Positions 1 to 7,850 of a stretch of DNA of 22,463 nt are shown in pieces. The position numbers and the translations under genes were made by a program. Each line of letters starts with the position of its first letter. Position 1 is the stretch's first letter. This DNA comes from Promethearchaeota archaeon (GTDB lineage Archaea; Asgardarchaeota; Lokiarchaeia; Sigyniarchaeales; SOKP01), in NCBI GenBank assembly GCA_048938025.1, contig JBHLMP010000050.1, forward strand, positions 5,191 through 27,653. Direction: 5' to 3'. Below the pieces are notes generated by a model. That model saw only the letters and a program-made list of their open reading frames with translations, ran no database searches and was not told the DNA's origin.

Positions 1-83
1 CATTAAAACTCTTAATAAAGAATAAAAAATACCTTATTTTTAATTAAAAGAATCTTTAAGAATCACCCTTTTTTTTACTATTT

Positions 84-752
84 ATGGAGGATTTAAGTAT
101 TTATCTACAACCTAGTGAATTCTTTGATTTTAATAAAAAATCTGTCATGAATAAAGCAATTGAAATTACCAATGATTTAAATAGTCAAAAGGAAAAAGCA
201 ATTGCTTTATTTTATTGGGTAAGAGACGAAATTAAATATAATATGGCGTTATTCGTCCCGAAAGTTAAGAATTATTTTATTGCTAGTAAGACAATACGCC
301 GACAGGAAGGTTTTTGTGTTTCAAAATCAATATTATTATCTACATTAGCCAGAGCAGTAGGGATACCTGCAAGAATTCATTTATGTGACCTTATCAATCA
401 CCTTGTTTCCCAAAAAATTATTGATTTTATGGGACATAACATTATGTACTACCATGGATATAGTGAATTTTATTTAGACAATAAGTGGGTAAAATTAACA
501 CCTTCATTTGATAAACAAACTGCGATAAAGGGAAGATTTCTTCCAATGGTAGAATTTGATGGTGAGAATGATGCAGTTTTTCCTCCTTATGATGTCAATG
601 GGAATAAATTTGGAGAATATGTCAGAGATAGAGGTGTCCATACAGACTTACCACTTGATGATATAGACAAATTATTTCAAGAAAAATATAAGATGTATAG
701 AGAACATTTAAGTGGTTTTCAAAAAGTAGACAATTATAAAGATTTAATATGA
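84..752 (+). CDS. Transglutaminase-like (papain-fold) domain protein
   Basis: A-x-x-L-F-Y-W-V-R-D-x-I-x-Y helix, catalytic Cys in GFCVSKSILLSTLARAVGIPAR, His in YYHGYSEFY, followed by KWVKLTPSFD. Typical Transglut_core layout. Confidence 0.85.
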   Translation: MEDLSIYLQPSEFFDFNKKSVMNKAIEITNDLNSQKEKAIALFYWVRDEIKYNMALFVPKVKNYFIASKTIRRQEGFCVSKSILLSTLARAVGIPARIHLCDLINHLVSQKIIDFMGHNIMYYHGYSEFYLDNKWVKLTPSFDKQTAIKGRFLPMVEFDGENDAVFPPYDVNGNKFGEYVRDRGVHTDLPLDDIDKLFQEKYKMYREHLSGFQKVDNYKDLI

Positions 753-760
753 ATATCACA

Positions 761-1678
761 TTAAGAGAAATAATTATTCTTCAATCCTAATTCTCTTAAA
801 TGTATTTTGAATTTACCTAACTTACCTCCATAATTTCCAGCTGATATTTTAATTAAGCCTTCCATATCTATTATCCCTTGAATTACTCTTAGCATTGTTT
901 CCTTTATAGTATCAATATCAAGAGCATTAAAGACTATTTCTGGAATTGATTTTACTCCATCAGGAACTTTAAATTCTTCAGAAGGTAATTTATTTTTTAA
1001 AGTTGGACAAAATGGATGATTTGTGGATGGTCCAATATCAGGGAAATTTGTTTCAGGTTTAGAACCAGCAGAACATACATCAAACGTAGTGCAAACATTG
1101 TCAATTTCTGCAATGATTTTTACTACTTCTCGTCCCACTTTTATACCAGAATCTAAAGAATCGCAAAAGAGCCATAAATTGCCTCCCATAACCCCCTTCG
1201 CATATGAAAGTTCCTCCTCAATTAGAAAGTCATATCCCATCATAATTGGGACATCAATTAGTTTACGATCATACTCTTCGACAATCCATTCATACCCATC
1301 ACCACAGTGTCCCACATTATTCATAACATTGAATTTAGTATCAACCTCATTTGGAAAATGATCGAAAACTGCAGTGGTAGGAACAACAAGAATACCTTGC
1401 CTTATTCTTCTTCCTAATTGATCATATAATTTAACTTTAGATTTTTTACCAGTACCAGTAACCCATAATTGTACAATTGCTCCTAGTCTACCATCAATAG
1501 TCTTTTTTTCTGTAAGCCATCTAACTATTCCACCTTCAGCAGCTCCAAAAACTGTGGAAGGAAGCGCAGTAAATGCATTTGCTGCTCTGTTTAAAAATTC
1601 TCTATCTTGAGCTGTTACTTGTAATTGTACTACCAACCCTTCAAAGGCTTCACAATAAGTATCTTCAACAGCTGTCAT
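761..1678 (-). CDS. ftr: Formylmethanofuran--tetrahydromethanopterin N-formyltransferase
   Basis: N-terminal VEDTYCEAF, TIDGRLGA, RIRQGILVVPTTAVF, GHCGDGYE, GVMGGN, CSAGSK, STNHPFCPTL, EIVFNA and C-terminal ISAGNYGGKLGKFKIHL. Length 305 aa fits the family. Confidence 0.93.
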   Translation of the reverse strand: MTAVEDTYCEAFEGLVVQLQVTAQDREFLNRAANAFTALPSTVFGAAEGGIVRWLTEKKTIDGRLGAIVQLWVTGTGKKSKVKLYDQLGRRIRQGILVVPTTAVFDHFPNEVDTKFNVMNNVGHCGDGYEWIVEEYDRKLIDVPIMMGYDFLIEEELSYAKGVMGGNLWLFCDSLDSGIKVGREVVKIIAEIDNVCTTFDVCSAGSKPETNFPDIGPSTNHPFCPTLKNKLPSEEFKVPDGVKSIPEIVFNALDIDTIKETMLRVIQGIIDMEGLIKISAGNYGGKLGKFKIHLRELGLKNNYFS

Positions 1679-1683
1679 TATTT

Positions 1684-1690
1684 ACCACCT
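1684..1690 (-). promoter_or_regulatory. Shine-Dalgarno-like site for ftr
   Basis: AGGTGGT on the minus strand, 5 nt upstream of the ATG at 1678. Confidence 0.5.
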
Positions 1691-1744
1691 ATGCTTATAT
1701 TAGATATTACCTAAATTATTTAGATCAAATAAAAATTTAAAATC

Positions 1745-1757
1745 AAAAGCTTATTAA
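1745..1757 (+). promoter_or_regulatory. Putative archaeal BRE/TATA promoter for the 1810 CDS
   Basis: AAAAGC-TTATTAA about 50 nt upstream of ATG 1810. The background is very AT-rich, so specificity is limited. Confidence 0.35.
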
Positions 1758-1809
1758 CTCTATAATATTAAATTAATTACGAAAACAAAATAAAGGAAGA
1801 ATAAGAAAA

Positions 1810-2733
1810 ATGCCAAGTGCAATCTTTTTATATGAAATTGATCCATCTTTTGGTCCTAATATATTAGCTGAATACTACTTAGACATAGATGATAAAGTCC
1901 CTCCCGATATTTTAAAAGAATTCTCTGAAAAGCATAAAGATAAAGAGTTTTTGGATGTCACTGCTAGAAAAGAAAACATACGTTATTATTCTCGTAAGGT
2001 AAATGCAGAATCTCTACAAAAAGACAACTTCTATTTAGGCTTTATTCTAAGAGAAGGGGAAGACCTAATTTCATTAAAAAGTTTATTTCAAAAATTCGAA
2101 GATTCAGTTATTCAAAATTATACTAGTGATAAAACAAAGATGAGCGAAGTACTTAAAAATACATTAAATTCTGCTTTAGGTTTAATGGAGAAATTAAAAG
2201 AACCAACAATCGTGAAAGAAACTATTAATGAGAAAACTAAACAATTATTAGATGAGGAAAAACTTCAAGAAGCTAGAGAATTAATCGATTTGGGGGAAGA
2301 AATTCCTGAAAGATTATCTGCTGAAGTAAGACTTGGAGAACAATTCCTAACAGAAAAGTTTTATAAAAAGGCTAAAAGGAGTTTCCTTAAAGCAGCTGAA
2401 CTTGCCGCAAAGATTCAAGAAGAGGAAATTGTTTCATTTTTAAAAAGTAAAGCAGAACAAGTTGGTAATTTTCCTGATTTGATAAAAGAACGTGAGGATC
2501 TCTATAAAGTTTTAGATCAAGTATTTAACGATTTAGAAAGTAATCGATTATACCTTTATGGTGATTTAGCAGAACCAATTGATAGATTACTATATCTTTC
2601 TAATACTTTTGAAGAAGATGAATTAATCAAAACTTTGACAGAATTAAAAAAAAGTACTTATAATGCAACTCAATTAGCAAAAGAATTATATAGATTAGAT
2701 AAAAAAATAAAAGAACTCTTTAATAAAGTTTAG
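1810..2733 (+). CDS. Hypothetical protein with N-terminal longin/uDENN-like domain and C-terminal alpha-helical (TPR/MIT-like) region
   Basis: SAIFLYEIDPSFGPNILAEYY beta-hairpin with D-x-x-x-G-P turn, then a helix, three strands and two helices (longin order). The rest is charged and helical, including GEQFLTEKFYKKAKRSFLKAAELA. Confidence 0.6.
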   Translation: MPSAIFLYEIDPSFGPNILAEYYLDIDDKVPPDILKEFSEKHKDKEFLDVTARKENIRYYSRKVNAESLQKDNFYLGFILREGEDLISLKSLFQKFEDSVIQNYTSDKTKMSEVLKNTLNSALGLMEKLKEPTIVKETINEKTKQLLDEEKLQEARELIDLGEEIPERLSAEVRLGEQFLTEKFYKKAKRSFLKAAELAAKIQEEEIVSFLKSKAEQVGNFPDLIKEREDLYKVLDQVFNDLESNRLYLYGDLAEPIDRLLYLSNTFEEDELIKTLTELKKSTYNATQLAKELYRLDKKIKELFNKV

Positions 2734-4559
2734 TCATTTCCCGAATCAGAATCCTCCTCTGTGGAAGATTCCTCAATTGCTGGAGGTGTATACTCACCAA
2801 TATCTGGAAAAATTATTTTTGCGATATTCCAACCCTCTTCTGTAGGGAACTTTAAAGCATTTTCAATTAATTGTTCTCCAAGGTCATTGTTTAATTCAAC
2901 TCTGTGGATTTCAGGATTATTTTTCAAAATTAATTCATATTTTGCGCCACCAGTACCCATTGGTACAATTAATAAAGCTTCATCAATTGCTTTTTGATCA
3001 ATAGCATCTTTTAATCTTTTTGCTGCATAATATCCCGCTACTCCAGCACTTCGATCGAAGGTTTTAATAGATGGTATCTCCAAACCCCAATTTTTACCTT
3101 CAGCTTGAATTAAAGCTGCTAAGGTTTGTGCTCTTTTTCCAAGCTTGAATTTAAATTCCATTTGCGTTTTGAATTTCTTTCCTTTTTCTTCTCCTACCAT
3201 ATTAATACATTTTAAAGTAGCACCAGCAATAGATTGGGGATTTACATCTATGGAATATTCCTCCTCAGCTAAAATGTCTTCAATTGTTTTTTTAATAATT
3301 TCTCTCGGTTTGGAAAAATCTATTGCTTCTTCTTCAGCTTCAGATGGAGGTTTAGCTGTGGCAACAATTTCCGCCCCGACCTTCAGAAGTTCATCTACAG
3401 TCATTTCATCCATAACTACTTTATCGATAAATCGTCTACATAGTTTTATAGAATTTCTTGGATTCCCTTGAGTTTTGTCGTATATCATTTCCAATAACTT
3501 CTCGTTTAATGGAAATAATGGATATAAAGGAGGATTCAAGTTATTTTCCTCCCAAAATGCTTCCATGGATTTTGAGAAAAATATTTTCAAATCATTCAAA
3601 CTAAATGGTTTTAGATCTTGTTCAGGTTCCATTCGTGATCTTAGTGGAGCATCAGCGATTTCAATAATTCTTGGCCAAATCTCTTTTAATACTGCAATGG
3701 TAATTACAAGACCTTTAACTTCGTTATATAGTCTTTTTAAGATTTCGAGGAATTTGCGCTCTGCTACTTCTCCGAGCATTCTATATGGGGATTCAAGTTC
3801 ATCAAAATAGAGAATAAGAACCCTATCTAAATTCTCTGTAATTATCTTAATCATAGCAAGGCAAACATCATCTTCTTCAAGAACAGAATTAATCCCAATT
3901 TCATTTAACTCCTCATCTTCTAAATCTTCTCCAAGGAGCCATCTCTCTGCTAATGCTTTCTTATTCTTGTCTAATCGATATGTAACGAATGCTTTTACAC
4001 AATCTGCAAAAACCCCTGGAAATTCTCTTATTCCTTTTTGTATTACCTCGTCAATTTTAGGTTTCTGGAACAATCCAGCTTTTTTCCCTCCCCATTTCTC
4101 AATTAATTTTTCAGAAACAATGTCTAAGAGTTCAGGTCCACATTCTTCAATTATACAAGTGTATACATGAAGAAGTACACGTATACTTGCTGGAGGACTA
4201 GGAACATAAACAATAGTCCAATTTACAGGTTCTAATTGACTGACTTCTATCTCTTGCGATTCTACATCACTCTCTAACTTCTTTTTGTTTTCTCTTTCTT
4301 TGTCTTTGAAAGAATGATATGCATGGGTTTTCCCAGCTCCGGCTGATCCGAGGATAGGGATTAACCTACTACTTCGATCTCGGTAAGTCTGGCGCACTAA
4401 TCTATATACTTCTCTGTCAATGAATGCTCTTGGTCTTGCTACATCTACTTTATCTTCTAGATCACCCCTACTGACGAAATTTGAGAAGGGAAGGATTGGT
4501 GCCTCGCGGAGGACGTCGAGATACATATTCTTATCGTCGTCACTTAACTCACTATACAT
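2730..4559 (-). CDS. P-loop (AAA+-like) ATPase with an uncharacterised C-terminal alpha/beta domain
   Basis: Walker A GSAGAGKT, Walker B LILYFDELE, arginine-finger-like APLRSRM, and lid motif YDKTQGNPRN. The stop overlaps that of the convergent gene (2730-2733). Confidence 0.85.
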   Translation of the reverse strand: MYSELSDDDKNMYLDVLREAPILPFSNFVSRGDLEDKVDVARPRAFIDREVYRLVRQTYRDRSSRLIPILGSAGAGKTHAYHSFKDKERENKKKLESDVESQEIEVSQLEPVNWTIVYVPSPPASIRVLLHVYTCIIEECGPELLDIVSEKLIEKWGGKKAGLFQKPKIDEVIQKGIREFPGVFADCVKAFVTYRLDKNKKALAERWLLGEDLEDEELNEIGINSVLEEDDVCLAMIKIITENLDRVLILYFDELESPYRMLGEVAERKFLEILKRLYNEVKGLVITIAVLKEIWPRIIEIADAPLRSRMEPEQDLKPFSLNDLKIFFSKSMEAFWEENNLNPPLYPLFPLNEKLLEMIYDKTQGNPRNSIKLCRRFIDKVVMDEMTVDELLKVGAEIVATAKPPSEAEEEAIDFSKPREIIKKTIEDILAEEEYSIDVNPQSIAGATLKCINMVGEEKGKKFKTQMEFKFKLGKRAQTLAALIQAEGKNWGLEIPSIKTFDRSAGVAGYYAAKRLKDAIDQKAIDEALLIVPMGTGGAKYELILKNNPEIHRVELNNDLGEQLIENALKFPTEEGWNIAKIIFPDIGEYTPPAIEESSTEEDSDSGND

Positions 4560-4753
4560 AGGTTTCGATTTCCTCTTGATTTTATGATATTATCTAATTT
4601 TTATTTGATATAAATTAAATTTATTAACATAAACAATTTTTAATAGCATATAATCTATTTAGTTTCTAGCTATTATAATAATTAATTAATAATTTTACCT
4701 ATTAAATTTATTTGATAATAAGATAATCAAAAATGCTAAGGAGATGATAAAGA

Positions 4754-5383
4754 GTGCCTAAAAAAAATGAAGATGATGATGAAGATGAAGAAGAACCCTT
4801 TGATTTTTTCAAATTTTTTGAAGATCCTAGTAGATTCATGATTGACCCAAATAAATTGTTTAAGGATAAGGATTTCAAAAACATATTTAGAGATATTTTT
4901 AATAGAATTTTAAAAAGTTTACCACCAGAGTTTCAGAATCTCTCTCCAGAAGATATTGTAAAAGAGTTAATGAAGAATAAATCAAAATTTGGTTTTCCAA
5001 TAACGTATGGCTTCAATTTAAATATCAGTCCTGATGGTAAACCAATAATAGATTCCTTTGGAAATCTTGAGCCAACCTCATCTTCTGGGAAACCAGTTGT
5101 AAAGAACAAAAGAGAACCATTAGTAGAAGTCAATGAAGAAGAAGATATAATTATTGTAATAGCTGAAATGCCAGGAGTTGATCGAGAAGATATTGAGCTT
5201 AAAGCAACAACTCATAGTATAACAATTTCTACAAAAGAAAATGCGAATAGAAATTACTACAAGGAAGTTGAATTACCATCAGCAATCAATTCAGATTATG
5301 CCAAAGCGAGGTATAGCAATGGTATCCTCGAAATAGAACTGAAAAAAGTTGATGAAAAACATACAAAAATTAAGATTGATTAA
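4754..5383 (+). CDS. hsp20: Small heat-shock protein, archaeal Hsp20 (alpha-crystallin family)
   Basis: Archaeal Hsp20 signature PITYGFNLNISPDGKPIIDSFGN, alpha-crystallin core REPLVEV...IAEMPGVDREDI...YYKEVELP...AKARYSNGILEIELKK, and C-terminal IxI motif (KIKID). GTG start preceded by AAGGAGATGA. Confidence 0.93.
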   Translation: MPKKNEDDDEDEEEPFDFFKFFEDPSRFMIDPNKLFKDKDFKNIFRDIFNRILKSLPPEFQNLSPEDIVKELMKNKSKFGFPITYGFNLNISPDGKPIIDSFGNLEPTSSSGKPVVKNKREPLVEVNEEEDIIIVIAEMPGVDREDIELKATTHSITISTKENANRNYYKEVELPSAINSDYAKARYSNGILEIELKKVDEKHTKIKID

Positions 5384-5527
5384 ACACGTATTAATTAAAA
5401 GAAAATACGCTAAAGAAAGAATTTAATTTTAATAAAATTCAATTGAACTTTAAAAGACTAGACATTAACCTTTATTAACATCTTTATCAAATATTTTTCT
5501 AGTCTAATTAAAATTAGGTTCTTTAAG

Positions 5528-6556
5528 ATGCCTGAAAAAGAAAAATATTTATCTAGAAATGGATTAATCATCACTGGAACTATAGCTCTAATTATTCTCA
5601 TAGTAGGCATTATACTCTATGCTTTAGGATTTAATGAAGAATTTTATAGTGAAAATTCTACTGTCCAGACAATATTCGGAGCAATTACTTATCTTGGGGA
5701 AGCTATCACTTTTGTTATTTTAACTGCGATCATATTCATAGCTTATGATAAGAAATTAGCCAAAAGAACTATCCTACCTCTGTTATGCTCATATTATCTT
5801 AACCATTTGGTAAAAGAAGTATTCAAAGATACAAGACCAGATACAAATATCGATCCTGATGAAGATTATGGCTTTATTGAACCATCATACGGATTCCCAT
5901 CTGGTCATGCCCAAAATGCCACATGTTATTGGGGATATATGGCTAATGAATTTAAAGATAAACCTAAACCGATGGGTATCCCGATCGTACCAGTTATTCT
6001 CTCAGTGATTATATTTCTTGTGGCCATCTCAAGAATGTTCTATGGTGTACATGATCTTCAAGATGTGATTGGGGGGCTCTTAATAGGTATTGGATTCTTA
6101 CTCTTATTTATCTATTTAGAACCAATCTTTACTATACAATTTAATAAGCTTAGTTTTCCAATAAAACTAATATTAACAATAACGATTTCCTTTTTACTAT
6201 TTGCGATTCCAACCTTACTATCTCCAAGAGCTGGTTTAGGTTTAGTCCCTAAAGATCAAGTTCCTCTTTTCCCAGATTCGGGAGCATTTGCTCAAGTAAG
6301 TGGAGTAATATTAGGATTTGGTGTTGGTTATCTGTTAGAATATGAATATGTTAAATATGAACCAAAAGAGTTGAGGAATAAACAAAAATTGCTTAATTTA
6401 ATTGTAGGATTAGTAATTTTAATGGCAATATTCATACCACTTGAGTATATTATAGAAATTAATAGTGTTTTCTATAGATTCGGTCGTTACGCTGTACTAT
6501 CGTTTGTATTAACTTATATACTTCCCTTAATCTTTATTAGAATTAACAAGAAATAA
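5528..6556 (+). CDS. PAP2-family integral membrane phosphatase
   Basis: All three motifs present: KEVFKDTRP (KxxxxxxRP), PSGH, and SRMFYGVHDLQD (SRxxxxxHxxxD). Many hydrophobic segments. Confidence 0.92.
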   Translation: MPEKEKYLSRNGLIITGTIALIILIVGIILYALGFNEEFYSENSTVQTIFGAITYLGEAITFVILTAIIFIAYDKKLAKRTILPLLCSYYLNHLVKEVFKDTRPDTNIDPDEDYGFIEPSYGFPSGHAQNATCYWGYMANEFKDKPKPMGIPIVPVILSVIIFLVAISRMFYGVHDLQDVIGGLLIGIGFLLLFIYLEPIFTIQFNKLSFPIKLILTITISFLLFAIPTLLSPRAGLGLVPKDQVPLFPDSGAFAQVSGVILGFGVGYLLEYEYVKYEPKELRNKQKLLNLIVGLVILMAIFIPLEYIIEINSVFYRFGRYAVLSFVLTYILPLIFIRINKK

Positions 6557-6571
6557 TTTTCTTTTTTTTTT
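6557..6571 (+). terminator. Oligo-T archaeal-type terminator of the PAP2 gene
   Basis: TTTTCTTTTTTTTTT immediately after the stop codon. Confidence 0.55.
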
Positions 6572-6608
6572 AATTTTTATAGGTTTAAAATTTAAAAGGA
6601 GCTTATTA

Positions 6609-6767
6609 TTAAGCAATAACTTTTAACTCCTTTCTAGCGATTTCTGTCAATAAGATCCTTTTGACCATTAATTTATCGCTATTTTTAACCTCATCATGAG
6701 GAGTAATAACTATGTTTATATAAATGTCATCTCTTAAATCGTTTGGAACAACTTCCTCTAAAATCAT
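6609..6767 (-). CDS. Small hypothetical protein (52 aa), not in the supplied ORF track
   Basis: Manual translation: MILEEVVPNDLRDDIYINIVITPHDEVKNSDKLMVKRILLTEIARKELKVIA*. ATG start, three consecutive in-frame TAA stops (6603-6611), and it sits in an otherwise empty gap of about 400 nt. Confidence 0.6.
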   Translation of the reverse strand: MILEEVVPNDLRDDIYINIVITPHDEVKNSDKLMVKRILLTEIARKELKVIA

Positions 6768-6952
6768 CTTAAGAAAATATGTATTAAAACAACTATTTAA
6801 AATTTCCTATAATTCTTCAGACAAGAAGGAATTTAATAATTAATTAGCTATTAACATGAACATTATTCTCTGTACTATTTCGCAGTTTAACTTTGAAGTA
6901 AAACCACAAAACTTTTAAGATTTGTTGATAGAATATATATAAGTGATAAGAA

Positions 6953-7234
6953 GTGGATTGCTTTGATGAGATATTAGATTTTTATAATCATAATATTAAT
7001 AGGTCGAAAAGTTTCTCAGAGCTTTGGACAGTAACATATATGATTAAATTAATGAATGAATTCTCAATCAATCATAATAATTCTAAAGCTAAAAACTGTT
7101 TACTTTTTCTATTGAACTTACTTATGATAGATAATCCTGATCATTTACATAAGAAAGGAAAAAAGATCAAGGATTTAACTAAAAAAGAGCTTAAAGTACT
7201 TCTTAAATCATTAAAATCTGAGTTTATATCCTAG
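6953..7234 (+). CDS. Hypothetical protein (93 aa)
   Basis: GTG-start ORF with helical composition that fills the intergenic space. No motif recognised. Confidence 0.6.
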   Translation: MDCFDEILDFYNHNINRSKSFSELWTVTYMIKLMNEFSINHNNSKAKNCLLFLLNLLMIDNPDHLHKKGKKIKDLTKKELKVLLKSLKSEFIS

Positions 7235-7247
7235 ATTCATAAATTTT

Positions 7248-7700
7248 TTAAAACAAGTCTAAGTAAGGTTTTACCTTCTCTTTTCCTTTATAATTCTTAA
7301 TATTCTCTAAAATCCTTTTTGATAACTCTTTTTTCTTTTGAAAGTAAATGCTCATGAATTCTCCTTTAGACTTGTTAGGATATCTTATACTTAAAGCGAC
7401 ATCACGCCTAGAACAACCTCCACGTCTCATACAACAATATGACATTGAGCCAAAGCATACAATCTCCGAATCCCAACCGTTTTCTTTAGAAAAATCCTCT
7501 TTAATTTTTATAAATTCTTTCGTTGATAGGCCTAATTCAGTTAAAATTTTATCTCTTTTACACTTAAACCCAAAAGTCAGAGAATACCCTGGTTTACAAC
7601 AAAATGTTAAAGCACGATAATCTCCACCCATACAAACTGGAACAGGAGCATTCATTTCCCACCCTGGTATATTTCGAAGTTTATCTTCTTCTAAAAGCAT
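7248..7700 (-). CDS. Cys-rich protein resembling the methanogenesis marker 9 domain (stand-alone)
   Basis: WEMNAPVPVCMGGDYRALTFCC, LTELGLSTKEFIKIKEDF and VCFGSMSYCC...CSRRD match my recollection of the marker-9 pattern (NAP-x-x-x-C-x-GGD-x-R-x-L-x-FCC ... CFGS-x-x-x-CC). Confidence 0.75.
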   Translation of the reverse strand: MLLEEDKLRNIPGWEMNAPVPVCMGGDYRALTFCCKPGYSLTFGFKCKRDKILTELGLSTKEFIKIKEDFSKENGWDSEIVCFGSMSYCCMRRGGCSRRDVALSIRYPNKSKGEFMSIYFQKKKELSKRILENIKNYKGKEKVKPYLDLF

Positions 7701-7850
7701 TATCTAAAATGACTCATCTTTTGTATCTTTAAATTAGCAATAAAATAGAATGAGTGCTTTGATTTTAAATTTCCAATTTTTCAAACCATAATTGTAAAAA
7801 TTAGTTAAAAAAATGAGGTTTTAAATAAAGTCTTAATATAAGTTAAGGAG

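Noticed and set aside
750-764. TGA stop of the first gene as possible selenocysteine readthrough (Lokiarchaeia are reported to use Sec)
   Set aside because: Readthrough adds only three residues before TAA, there is no redox-motif context, and I saw no SECIS-like hairpin.
1023-1361. 112-aa plus-strand ORF
   Set aside because: Antisense shadow of ftr, Ser/Ile/Pro-rich with no motif.
2761-4170. Four plus-strand ORFs (2761-2997, 3145-3471, 3475-3810, 3967-4170)
   Set aside because: Antisense shadows of the ATPase with typical Ser/Phe/Ile-rich reverse-frame composition.
4471-4490. CTGACGA resembling a hammerhead ribozyme core (CUGANGA)
   Set aside because: No stem II followed by GAAA, and no consistent stems I and III.
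4560-4753. Heat-shock operator upstream of hsp20
   Set aside because: Only low-complexity AT palindromes are present, and no known operator could be matched with confidence.
6856-6918. 20-codon ORF MNIILCTISQFNFEVKPQNF
   Set aside because: Too short, no RBS or other support, and expected by chance.
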